Shown piece after piece: positions 1-8,693 of a stretch of DNA of 64,000 nucleotides. Numbering within the stretch: the stretch's first letter is position 1; each line of letters opens with the position of its first letter. This DNA comes from Candidatus Omnitrophota bacterium. Lineage in GTDB: Bacteria > Omnitrophota > Gorgyraeia > Duberdicusellales > 4484-171. The notes beneath the pieces are model-generated. The model saw only the letters and a program-made list of their open reading frames with translations. It made no database searches and was not told the DNA's origin. Both the position numbers and the translations under genes were made by a program. The DNA is taken from contig WJJJ01000007.1 of the NCBI GenBank assembly GCA_014729775.1, positions 94,302 to 158,301 on the forward strand, in the 5' to 3' direction.

Positions 1-562
1 TCGTTACGACCGACAGGATGCCAATCATTACGATACTATTTCGGCTTTTATCAAGTCGATTCGGGGAAGTGATCCCGACAGCGCCTTATACTGGTTGGCC
101 AAAATGATACACGGGGGAGAGGATCCCCGTTTTATTGCCCGAAGGCTGGTCATTCTGGCCGCTGAAGACGTGGGCAACGCCGAGCCTTTCGCGCTTGTGC
201 TGGCAACGAACTGCTTTCGCGCGGTCGAGGTGATCGGGTATCCGGAAGCGAAATTGATTCTAGCGCAAGCCACGGTGTATCTGGCCTGTGCTCCGAAGTC
301 AAATGCCAGCTATCAGGCGATACTCGCGGCGATTGCCGATATAGAGCGGTCCCGCACGGTGGAAGTTCCTTCGCATCTGAAAACCCACGCCCGTACCTAC
401 CGCTATCCGCACCGAGTACGGCATGAGGGGATCGGCGGATTCGTCCCGCAAGAATACGGCGCGCCGCGGGACTATTTCTTTCCCTCGGATGCGGGATACG
501 AACGGAAAATGAAGGAATTTTTGGCGCGGATCGGCGAGCTGGAGAAAAGGGAAGAGGGCTGA
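1..562 (+). CDS. rarA: Replication-associated recombination protein A (RarA/MgsA), C-terminal part; start lies upstream of the window
   Basis: Frame open from position 2: HYDTISAFIKSIRGSDPDSALYWLAKM, then ARRLVILAAEDVGNA, APKSNASY, VPSHLK and YRYPH, which are MgsA_C motifs. Confidence 0.93.
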   Translation, partial: RYDRQDANHYDTISAFIKSIRGSDPDSALYWLAKMIHGGEDPRFIARRLVILAAEDVGNAEPFALVLATNCFRAVEVIGYPEAKLILAQATVYLACAPKSNASYQAILAAIADIERSRTVEVPSHLKTHARTYRYPHRVRHEGIGGFVPQEYGAPRDYFFPSDAGYERKMKEFLARIGELEKREEG

Positions 563-581
563 GGTCTCTTGGGAATGGGGC

Positions 582-609
582 TTGAGTTTTACCGGTATTG
601 TGGTAAATT
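582..609 (+). promoter_or_regulatory. Putative sigma70 promoter for the PAC2 gene
   Basis: TTGAGT-16 nt-TAAATT with TG extension; SD AAAGGAGG at ~632-639 before ATG 650. Confidence 0.45.
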
Positions 610-649
610 GAGATAATCTATCCAGCAAAATAAAGGAGGAGCATCTCTG

Positions 650-1624
650 ATGATTAAAGAAATATCTATTCCGAAAGTGAAGAACCCCATTTTTATCGCC
701 GCGTGGCCGGGGATGGGAGAGGTCGCGTATCGAACCGCGCTTTTTTTGAAAGAAGTGCTCAACTGCAAGATGTTCGCCAAGCTCGAGGCGCAAAAGTTCT
801 TTCGGCCCGCCGCGGTGACGGTGGATAAAGGGGTGATTGAACTGCCGAGAATGCCGGCGGGATTCTTTTATTACGGAAAGGGAAAAAATCTTCCGGACGT
901 GATTCTGTTCCTCGGCGAAGCCCAGCCTCCGCTTGAGTATGCCGAAGACCTCGCGCAAATGATCGTGACCTATGCCAAGAAATACAAAGCGCAGTTCTTG
1001 TACACGTTTGCCGCGAAACCCGAATCGATCGATCACAAGAGCGATCCGCGGGTATGGATTGCCGCGACTCATCAGGAAATTCTCGGCGAGTTCAAATCCG
1101 CTCCGCTCAAGCATCTTGAGGAAGGGCAGATCAGCGGATTGAACGGGATCGTGCTCGGCGCGGGCAAAAGGAAAGGGCTCAAGGGAGTGTGTCTGCTTGG
1201 GGAGGTCCCCTTCTATACGGTGCAGATAGAAAACCCCAAAACCTGTGCCAAGATACTGCAGATAATCGGCGATAAGCTGGATTTGCATTTGAACATCGCA
1301 CCGCTCATGGAACGCGCAAAATTCATCGAAGAAGAAGTGGATAAATTGATCAATTACATCAAGGGTGAAACTCCCTCACCCGCGCAGGGACCGATGCCTT
1401 TAAGCGAGGATGATATCGACCGTCTGAGGAAGGATCTGGCGACGTATTCCAAACTTCCCCAGTCGGCGAGAAACAAGATCGAATCTTTATTTCGACAGGC
1501 AAAAAAAGACGTCGCAAAGGCCGGTGAACTGAAATCACTGCTTGATCAGTGGAACGTGTACAAAGAGTACGAAGACCGTTTCCTTGATTTGTTCAAAAAA
1601 GGAAAGGGAGATCAGTCCAACTGA
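650..1624 (+). CDS. PAC2 (proteasome assembly chaperone 2) family protein with C-terminal extension
   Basis: AAWPGMGEVA, GEAQP, GQISGLNG and CLLGEVP..IENPK motifs; strong SD. Confidence 0.8.
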   Translation: MIKEISIPKVKNPIFIAAWPGMGEVAYRTALFLKEVLNCKMFAKLEAQKFFRPAAVTVDKGVIELPRMPAGFFYYGKGKNLPDVILFLGEAQPPLEYAEDLAQMIVTYAKKYKAQFLYTFAAKPESIDHKSDPRVWIAATHQEILGEFKSAPLKHLEEGQISGLNGIVLGAGKRKGLKGVCLLGEVPFYTVQIENPKTCAKILQIIGDKLDLHLNIAPLMERAKFIEEEVDKLINYIKGETPSPAQGPMPLSEDDIDRLRKDLATYSKLPQSARNKIESLFRQAKKDVAKAGELKSLLDQWNVYKEYEDRFLDLFKKGKGDQSN

Positions 1625-1663
1625 CTGCGCGGTGAATTAAGGCAAAGAAACAAAGATTTTTCC

Positions 1664-2380
1664 GTGTACGAGGAACGGAAATACCGGGGATGGGCACACG
1701 CGCCCTGGTGCGTGCCGCTTTGCTTTCGGGAGAGTGATGTGGTCGTGTATGCGGACCGCGCTCTCCCCCGGGAACCCCTTGATGATGCACTGCGCAACGT
1801 GTATCACGCGATTGGATCTTACGCGCAGCAAAAACCCGCATTTCACCATTCCCTGTCTTCTCTTCCCCCTGATGAGGACGCCCCCGCGATCGTACGGCAA
1901 ATGCTGAGTGTTTCCCGGCGAACAGGGATCGGTCCCTTTGCCGCCGTTGCCGGAGCGGTCGCGCAGGCCGTGGGCGAAACCGCGCGCACCCTGGGTGCGC
2001 GTGAAATCCTGGTGGAGAACGGCGGCGATGTCTATCTGTGGATCCAGATTCCCAAAACAGTCGGGGTATACGCGGGTGAGCAATTCCCGGTACCCTTGGA
2101 GATCCGCGTGCCTGCCCGAAAACGCCCGTTCGGTATTGCCTCCAGTTCCGCGCGCATCGGTCACAGCTTGAATTTGGGCCGGGCGGATTTGGTCACGGTG
2201 ATCGCCGCAAGCGCTCCGCTTGCCGACGGCTTCGCGACTGCCTATTCCAATCGGGTCAGGACGGCCGCGGACGCGCAAAAAGTGCTTGCGCGTGCAAAGG
2301 CGCGACCGGACGTATACGGGATTCTGGTGTGCGTTGAAGACCGGCTGTTTCTGCAGGGGGAAATAGAGCTTTCCGGATAG
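1664..2380 (+). CDS. UPF0280 / ApbE-like family protein
   Basis: YEERKYR N-terminus, GPFAAVAGAVA, VENGGD, GHSLNLGRAD and LAD motifs. Confidence 0.8.
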   Translation: MYEERKYRGWAHAPWCVPLCFRESDVVVYADRALPREPLDDALRNVYHAIGSYAQQKPAFHHSLSSLPPDEDAPAIVRQMLSVSRRTGIGPFAAVAGAVAQAVGETARTLGAREILVENGGDVYLWIQIPKTVGVYAGEQFPVPLEIRVPARKRPFGIASSSARIGHSLNLGRADLVTVIAASAPLADGFATAYSNRVRTAADAQKVLARAKARPDVYGILVCVEDRLFLQGEIELSG

Positions 2381-2390
2381 CGCCTTCCGG

Positions 2391-3152
2391 CTATATCCGT
2401 ATCGTGTCAAAATCGGCGGGAAACACCATCCGGGGAATGGGGTCGAGTTCTCTGCGGATGCGTGTTTCTTCTTTGCCATCCAGCAGTAAAAAATGCACGG
2501 GAATCAGCGTCAGCCGGGGCCGGGAGCGCATAAACCCGGCAAGTTGTGCCGAGTTAGTGTGGAGCCGGAACAGGCGCGGATATCGGGAAAAATACGTAGA
2601 GGATGCGGTGCATTCGTGGATAAGTATTCGGTAAGGCTCGGCCGCTTCGAGTAATTCGGGACGGTAGGCCGTGTCTGAAGAATAGAAGAACGATTTTTTC
2701 CCGCAGGTAAGTTTTACTCCGAACGATTCGGGCGTGTGTACGTTGGGAATAGCTTCCAGGCGTACGCCGTGGGTGGCAAACGAAACAGTTTCCCCGCGCA
2801 CATCTCTGTATTCGAGTTTGGGAAATTGCGGACGATCGAGCCGGAACGCGGCGCGGAGCCGGTCGACGAGGGCGAATACTGAAGGAGTCGAGTAGAGGAT
2901 TATTTTACGATTCAGGTATGCCTGGGTATGGATAAGCGATATGATGCCGTAGACGTGATCGGGGTGCAGGTGAGTGATCACGATGCGCCGAAGAGACTGG
3001 AAGGGCACCCCCGTCCGGTTCAGTTTTTGGCTGATGCTCCCGGGACAGTCGATGAGCAGGGTGAACTTTCTATGACGGATGAGCAAAGAGGTGTTATCTC
3101 TCGTCGCGGTAGGAACGCTTGCAGCGGTGCCTAAAAACGTGATCCGGGCCAT
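2391..3152 (-). CDS. Metallo-beta-lactamase fold hydrolase, RNase Z/BN (ElaC)-like, apparently without the exosite arm
   Basis: FLGTAASVP..RDN, THLHPDH (HxHxDH), SSDT, HECT, HT and VHF motifs. Confidence 0.8.
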   Translation of the reverse strand: MARITFLGTAASVPTATRDNTSLLIRHRKFTLLIDCPGSISQKLNRTGVPFQSLRRIVITHLHPDHVYGIISLIHTQAYLNRKIILYSTPSVFALVDRLRAAFRLDRPQFPKLEYRDVRGETVSFATHGVRLEAIPNVHTPESFGVKLTCGKKSFFYSSDTAYRPELLEAAEPYRILIHECTASSTYFSRYPRLFRLHTNSAQLAGFMRSRPRLTLIPVHFLLLDGKEETRIRRELDPIPRMVFPADFDTIRI

Positions 3153-3203
3153 GTGTGTGCTCTTTTTGTTCCGGGAGCGAAAAATCGGCGCGGGGAGAAA
3201 TTA

Positions 3204-3287
<84 letters not shown>

Positions 3288-3320
3288 AGTTTCACCTTCT
3301 CTATTTTTCCCGGCAGACAA

Positions 3321-3344
3321 GTCTGCTAATTCCGCCATTCTCGC
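3321..3344 (-). pseudogene. Degenerate 5' fragment of tRNA-Leu
   Basis: GCGAGAATGGCGGAATTAGCAGAC matches the first 24 nt of the adjacent tRNA (GCGAGGGTGGCGGAATTGGCAGAC) at 21/24 positions. Confidence 0.7.
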
Positions 3345-3380
3345 ATCAAAAGGCGCTCCAGGCAGCCGGAAATTGTTTCT

Positions 3381-3409
3381 TTTATACCACAGATTCTGAA
3401 TTGATGCAA
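3381..3409 (-). promoter_or_regulatory. Putative sigma70 promoter for tRNA-Leu and the RNase Z-like gene
   Basis: Minus strand TTGCAT-17 nt-TATAAA with TG extension. Confidence 0.6.
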
Positions 3410-3414
3410 CGATA

Positions 3415-4347
3415 TTACGAAGAGCGGGTATCAAAAATATACTTGCTCCCCGGGAATTTTTTTGCGTACGCTTTCATTTCCGCCCCCAGAGAGCTTATTT
3501 CCGCGGTGTGACTAAAGCGGTGTGTGTGGTTGGTGAGGATTCCGATAGACACGGAAAGAAAGCCGAATGCATGAATTTCCCCGTCTCTCCCCTGCGTTTC
3601 GATGCTCTTTTTTTTCCGGTCTTTTTCCTCGAAAAAAGAGGGGGAGGTGCCGTCGAATTGAAGGATGATTTCTTTGGCGATCGCTTCCGCTTTGTCCGGT
3701 TCCGTGATTACGACGAAATCGTCTCCCCCGATATGCCCGATAAAGTCGTTGACGGTGCCTTTCTTTTGCACGGCGGAAATGATGAGACGTCCCGTTTTTC
3801 TGATAACTTCGTCTCCTTTTTCGAATCCGTAATAATCATTGAGAGCCTTAAAATGGTCGATGTCGAGATAGAGTACCGCGAAAGGTTCTTTTTTTCGAAT
3901 TTTTGCTTCCAGTTCACGGTTAATGGAAGCATTCCCCGGGAGTCTCGTGAGCGGATTGGCGTCGAGGTTGATATTGGAGCGGCGGATCAGCATTCTGATC
4001 CGCGCTTCAAGTTCTTCGGGGTTGAACGGTTTCACCATGTAATCGTCAGCGCCTGATTCAAGGCCTTTCACTTTGTCTTCCGTTTCCCCTTTTCCGGTCA
4101 GCATGAGCACCGGCAGGTGAAGCAGCAAAGGGTCGCGTCTGAGCGCCTGACAGATTTCCGTTCCGTTCGTGTCGGGAAGCATATAATCCAGAATTACGAG
4201 ATCCGGTGATTCCTTTTTCAGCGCGCGCATTGCCTCTTCTCCGGTGGCCGCCGTGGCGACCTGGAAATCCCCCTCCAAGCACGCCAGGATCAGGTCGCGA
4301 ATATCGGGATCGTCGTCCACCACTAAAATTTTTATTTTCAGCATCAT
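3415..4347 (-). CDS. Response regulator with REC + GGDEF domains (putative diguanylate cyclase)
   Basis: REC: ILVVDDD, LVILDYMLP, MLTG, KPF. GGDEF: NPLTRLPGN, DIDHFKALNDYYG..GD, HIGGDDF. Confidence 0.9.
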   Translation of the reverse strand: MMLKIKILVVDDDPDIRDLILACLEGDFQVATAATGEEAMRALKKESPDLVILDYMLPDTNGTEICQALRRDPLLLHLPVLMLTGKGETEDKVKGLESGADDYMVKPFNPEELEARIRMLIRRSNINLDANPLTRLPGNASINRELEAKIRKKEPFAVLYLDIDHFKALNDYYGFEKGDEVIRKTGRLIISAVQKKGTVNDFIGHIGGDDFVVITEPDKAEAIAKEIILQFDGTSPSFFEEKDRKKKSIETQGRDGEIHAFGFLSVSIGILTNHTHRFSHTAEISSLGAEMKAYAKKFPGSKYIFDTRSS

Positions 4348-5819
4348 TCCGCCTTCTTTAACGTAAAAGAAAAAGTCGTTCCCTGTTCCGGTTGTGATTC
4401 CAGCCAGAGATTCTGCTTGTGGCTGTCGATGATCCTTTTCACCAGTGAAAGACCGAGACCACTTCCCCGGATTTGCCGGTTGACCGGATTATCGACGCGG
4501 TAGAATTCCTGAAATATTTTTTCCTGGCTTTCTTCATCCATCCCGTAACCGGTATCTTTGACCGTAATAACGGCCGCGTCGTCATTCGCGCTGCAGGAAA
4601 GAGTAATCGTGCCTCCTTCGGGGGTGAATTTTATCGCGTTATTCGTTAAGTTGATCAATACCCGTTCGATTAATGAGCGGTCCATGAACACCCGGCAGGT
4701 TTCAGGCGCGGTGACCTGCAGGGTCTGGCGCTTCGCCTGTGCCTGGAGAAGCAGGAGATCGGCAACTTCGGAAATGAGCGGAGCAATATCATCGGGGACG
4801 ATGTTGATCTCCATTTTTCCGGACTCAATGCGGGAAATGTCGAGCAGCGTATTGACCATTTTTACGAGCTTATCTACATTCTCGTCAATTTTTTCAAGAC
4901 GCGCTTTGGCTTTTTCCGGCAGTTTCCCGAATTTTTCTTTTACTAACAGTGAAGAGAATCCTTTTACCGAAGTGAGAGGGGTGCGAAGTTCGTGGGATAC
5001 GCTCGAAATAAAATTGGATTTCATCCGGCTTACGGTCTCCACCTTTCTCAAACTTTTTACCAGTTCATTGGTCCGTTCGTTTACTTTCTTCTCCAGGTCG
5101 TCTTTCGCCTGATAAAGCTCCTCGAAAAGGTTGATATTGTCCAGACACTGTCCCAGGTACATGCACACGATAGAGAATATTTCCTTTTCTCCCCGCTGCA
5201 CCTCTGATGCGGACAGTAGATCCGAAACCAGGAATATTCCGTACACGTGTGACCGGGCCTTGATCGGGGCCAGCAGATAATCATCACGCTCGAGGAGCGT
5301 TTTGAGCTCTTTTACCGTGTTCATTTCCGAGGAAAACAGATAGGTGGTCTTTAAAAGTTCTTTCTTCGCCGAAAGAAACCGAATGATCCCGTCGATCTCT
5401 TCCTGCGAGAAACCGATATTCGTTTTTACCTCAAGGGCCTCCGTCGTGACCATCAGTCCCTTTTTGAAGCCCAGGACCTGAATGAGATGCTCGTCGATCT
5501 GCCGGAAAAGATGCTCCCGATCCATGATTTGCAGTGAAGAAAGAATGATGTTCTTCAGCAGCACAAGTTTATCGAGTTTGTCCTCTACTTCTTCCTGGTA
5601 AAGTTTTAGTTCCATGTCGCTTTTGATGATCAGTTTCGCTTCCTGGTCGAGCGACTGCACTGTTTGATTCAGGTAGTCGATGTTCTTTTTAAGAATTCCG
5701 ATGGTTTGCAGTTTATTCACCAGATACAGGACGAGCACGATAATTGCGGAGCCGGCGAGGAAAAAAGTGGCCAGGAGAGGATCGAGAGAACGCAAAAAAT
5801 GCTGAAAATTCATTTCCAT
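4344..5819 (-). CDS. Membrane-anchored sensor histidine kinase (TM, GAF-like, HisKA, HATPase)
   Basis: N-terminal hydrophobic helix; SHELRTPL H-box, NLTNNAIKF N-box, DTGYG and GSGLGL G-boxes. Confidence 0.92.
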   Translation of the reverse strand: MEMNFQHFLRSLDPLLATFFLAGSAIIVLVLYLVNKLQTIGILKKNIDYLNQTVQSLDQEAKLIIKSDMELKLYQEEVEDKLDKLVLLKNIILSSLQIMDREHLFRQIDEHLIQVLGFKKGLMVTTEALEVKTNIGFSQEEIDGIIRFLSAKKELLKTTYLFSSEMNTVKELKTLLERDDYLLAPIKARSHVYGIFLVSDLLSASEVQRGEKEIFSIVCMYLGQCLDNINLFEELYQAKDDLEKKVNERTNELVKSLRKVETVSRMKSNFISSVSHELRTPLTSVKGFSSLLVKEKFGKLPEKAKARLEKIDENVDKLVKMVNTLLDISRIESGKMEINIVPDDIAPLISEVADLLLLQAQAKRQTLQVTAPETCRVFMDRSLIERVLINLTNNAIKFTPEGGTITLSCSANDDAAVITVKDTGYGMDEESQEKIFQEFYRVDNPVNRQIRGSGLGLSLVKRIIDSHKQNLWLESQPEQGTTFSFTLKKAE

Positions 5820-6940
5820 AACATCGAAAAAATATTTCCCACGTTCCAGTCGATTCTTTGTGCCTGTGTGTCAGGGAAAAGAGCGTAATCCGAATAAAAA
5901 CCAATCATGCGAAACGCAGGTCCCAATGCGTTTTTGATCGTTTTTATTTCTTCGTGGGCGTGGTCTTTCAGTATCCTTTTTCTCAATAAAGAGTTTACCA
6001 CAAAAAGAACCCCGCCCCCATGTTTTTTTATCGGAGAGAGCGCTCCCGGGATGATTTCGAAATCGGTCGACGGGTCGAGGAACATGAGGTGTCCCCGGCA
6101 CCGGGAGGCAACGTTGCCGACGCACACCAGGGAACCGTCATCGAGGATGTCAGCAACGTGGAGAAGTTTTGTGGCGCCATGGGCGTTGATTCCGAGAGGA
6201 TAAAGTTTGAAGAGGCGGTGTTGTTTGAATGCTTCGAATTTTTCTTCCAGATAATGTTCGTATAATTTTTCGGCCGGTTCCCCGTTAATTTCGATAATGA
6301 CGTTTTTCTCCTGTATGGTCCGGGTAACCGTAAAAGGCTTGCCCAGAGGGAAGAACCCCTGGATGGTATGGGGAACGATTTCCTGCCCGCGAAAAAAAAG
6401 ATGCTGGATGCCTTCCTGGTAACTGCCGCCCATGCATTTGCAGTGTTTCGTGAGCAGGGTGGAAACATATCCTGCGCCGTACAGAGGGGAAAATCGTCCC
6501 AGCGCCAGTTCCGCCCCGCGCAGATAACTCCGCGGAGAAAACTGGGAAGGGAGAAAGGCCAGCAGCGGCCGTTTCTCCCCAACCGCGGGGGTGGCGCGGG
6601 TGAGTTCCCGAAGAGAGGTCTCCACTCTCTGCGGCTCGTCGGAGGTGATGATCTGTTCGCGGCGCTGGACGGTTTCGCTGTTGACGCAGAATGCGGCGAT
6701 TCCGCGGGGAATGATCCGGTCTTCGTAGATCAGGGCCGGCGACTGGATGCCTACCATTGCTTCGGGGTGCAGGGTGAAGTTGATGGTTTTGAGCACGGTA
6801 TGGGCGTTGAAACCGGGGGTGAAGAAAGTGAACAGGAATCGGATGTGTTTGGGAAAGAAGGTTTTAATTCGCAGCGAAAGGTCCTTGATTCCCTGTTCGC
6901 CTTGTTTTTCGCTGAGCGCAATTGCGTATCGGTCGGCCAT
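5810..6940 (-). CDS. FIST-domain (NosP-like) sensory protein
   Basis: GFFPLGKPFTVT..NVIIEINGEPA..Y, YPLG, DGSLV.. and GFYS, typical of FIST_N/FIST_C; overlaps the kinase gene. Confidence 0.75.
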   Translation of the reverse strand: MADRYAIALSEKQGEQGIKDLSLRIKTFFPKHIRFLFTFFTPGFNAHTVLKTINFTLHPEAMVGIQSPALIYEDRIIPRGIAAFCVNSETVQRREQIITSDEPQRVETSLRELTRATPAVGEKRPLLAFLPSQFSPRSYLRGAELALGRFSPLYGAGYVSTLLTKHCKCMGGSYQEGIQHLFFRGQEIVPHTIQGFFPLGKPFTVTRTIQEKNVIIEINGEPAEKLYEHYLEEKFEAFKQHRLFKLYPLGINAHGATKLLHVADILDDGSLVCVGNVASRCRGHLMFLDPSTDFEIIPGALSPIKKHGGGVLFVVNSLLRKRILKDHAHEEIKTIKNALGPAFRMIGFYSDYALFPDTQAQRIDWNVGNIFSMLWK

Positions 6941-7093
6941 TGAACATTGTGCGCGGTCTGTCCGCCGCGTTCAGAATGAAATAGTGGGCTCCTGTCCTGC
7001 GATTACCTTACCATATTGGACCTGACAAATCAACTGCTTCCGGCGTGTCTCCTCCGTGAGGCGGATCTTTGCCGGCTCACTGTAAACGTTTTC

Positions 7094-7124
7094 TTGACAA
7101 CCGCCGGTGAATATGTTATATACT
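7094..7124 (+). promoter_or_regulatory. Putative sigma70 promoter for cvpA-NIF3-dnaG-rpoD
   Basis: TTGACA at 7094-7099 followed by TGTTATATACT. Confidence 0.55.
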
Positions 7125-7140
7125 AATCAAATTACCTCTA

Positions 7141-7713
7141 ATGGAGAAATTTGCGCGGCTCAGTTTTATAGATTTTTTCTTTCTCATTGTCTGTATCCGT
7201 CTGCTGTGGAACGCCTTCCGGGACGGAGTGGTGCTCGAAAGTATTTCGCTTGCAGGTCTTCTTGTCCAAACAATACTCTCTTTTCATTTTTATCCCGTGC
7301 TTACGCAAAGGATACTCGCAAAGGCGGAATTTATTCCACGCCAGCTTTGTGAAGGGATCTCGTTTGCCGTTCTCTTTTTTGGGATCGGCGTCTTATTTTT
7401 TTTTATCCGGAAAGCCGCGGCAGTCGGGCGGAGAAAAGACCAGCGTCCCTGGGGGCAGCGCTTTGCGGGAGCGGGGATCGGCGCGGTCCGGGGAAGTATT
7501 GTGGTGAGTGTTTTTCTCTTTCTTTTTTCACTCTTCTCTTTTCCGGAAAGGAGCTTCGCCGGAAGCCGTCTTTGGCTGAAGGAGATCGCCCCGGTCCTGT
7601 ACGCGGTGGCGGGTCAGGGAATCCGGATCTGGGATGAAAGTTTTGAATTAAATCCCAAAGTAGCCTCCTATTCTTCGGTGGTGAAACAGGCGCAAGGCGA
7701 GAAAGGAGAATAG
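7141..7713 (+). CDS. CvpA (colicin V production) family membrane protein
   Basis: IDFFFL..G..E, four hydrophobic helices, R..GA.IG.VRG and S.L motifs. Confidence 0.7.
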   Translation: MEKFARLSFIDFFFLIVCIRLLWNAFRDGVVLESISLAGLLVQTILSFHFYPVLTQRILAKAEFIPRQLCEGISFAVLFFGIGVLFFFIRKAAAVGRRKDQRPWGQRFAGAGIGAVRGSIVVSVFLFLFSLFSFPERSFAGSRLWLKEIAPVLYAVAGQGIRIWDESFELNPKVASYSSVVKQAQGEKGE

Positions 7714-7717
7714 TGCG

Positions 7718-8686
7718 ATGAAATTAGGCGAGCTTTATCAAATGGTGATCCAAAAAGGTCTTGAGGCCGATGTCCGGCCCCAGGAGCAGATATCTCGAGC
7801 ACGGGAAGCAAGACGCGCCGTGTATGACCGCCTTCCCCCATGGCAAAAAAAATGTGTCGATCAGAAGGAGTGGATGAATCCGTTCTCCGATTCCCGTATT
7901 TTGTGGGGGGAGGAAGAACAGGAAATCCGCAGTGCATTGGTGGGAATCGACATCTCCGGTGAAGAATTGCTCCTGATCGACCGCATGCGGGAGAAAGGAC
8001 GCGCGCTTGACCTGGCGATATCTCACCATCCGGCCGGGAGCGCGTACGCGAATTTTTACGAAGTCATGGATCTTCAGGTGGACATGTTTTCTCAACAAGG
8101 GGTGAGCGTTGCGGTTTCGGAAAATCTCGTGGGGGAGCGGAAATCCCAGATCGCGCGGAAGGTGAGCGCGGTGAATCATCAGCGGGCGGTCGATGTCGCG
8201 AAGTTGCTGGGGATCCCTTTTCTGTGCATGCATACTCCCTGCGATAATCTCGCCTATCGGCACGTGCACGCGCTTATGGAGCATCATGCGCCGGCAACGC
8301 TGGGGGGGGTGGTCGAATTGCTCTATTCGGTGCCCGAATACGAAACTGCCGCCAAAGAGAATAATCCTCCAAAAATTATCATCGGGAAAAACTCTTCAAG
8401 GGTGCGCAAGATCCACGTGGAATTTACCGGAGGAACGGAAGGTCCGCAGAGCATTTATTCCCGGCTTGCTTCTCAAGGGGTCGATACGATCATCGCGATG
8501 CATCAATCCGAGGCGCATTTTAAGAAATGTAAAGAAGCAAATATCAACGTGATTTTTGCGTCGCACATTGCCTCCGATACCCTCGGGGTTAATCTTATGC
8601 TGGACCATTTGGAACAAAAAGAAACACTGGAAATCATGGAATGTTCGGGATTCCGGCGGGTTTCCCGCAACGGAACGCAGAAGTGA
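7718..8686 (+). CDS. NIF3 (NGG1p-interacting factor 3 / YbgI-like) dinuclear metal protein
   Basis: NPFSDSRIL, VGID, SHHP, HTPCDN, TGGTEG and HIASDTLG. Confidence 0.8.
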   Translation: MKLGELYQMVIQKGLEADVRPQEQISRAREARRAVYDRLPPWQKKCVDQKEWMNPFSDSRILWGEEEQEIRSALVGIDISGEELLLIDRMREKGRALDLAISHHPAGSAYANFYEVMDLQVDMFSQQGVSVAVSENLVGERKSQIARKVSAVNHQRAVDVAKLLGIPFLCMHTPCDNLAYRHVHALMEHHAPATLGGVVELLYSVPEYETAAKENNPPKIIIGKNSSRVRKIHVEFTGGTEGPQSIYSRLASQGVDTIIAMHQSEAHFKKCKEANINVIFASHIASDTLGVNLMLDHLEQKETLEIMECSGFRRVSRNGTQK

Positions 8687-8693
8687 ACGAACT

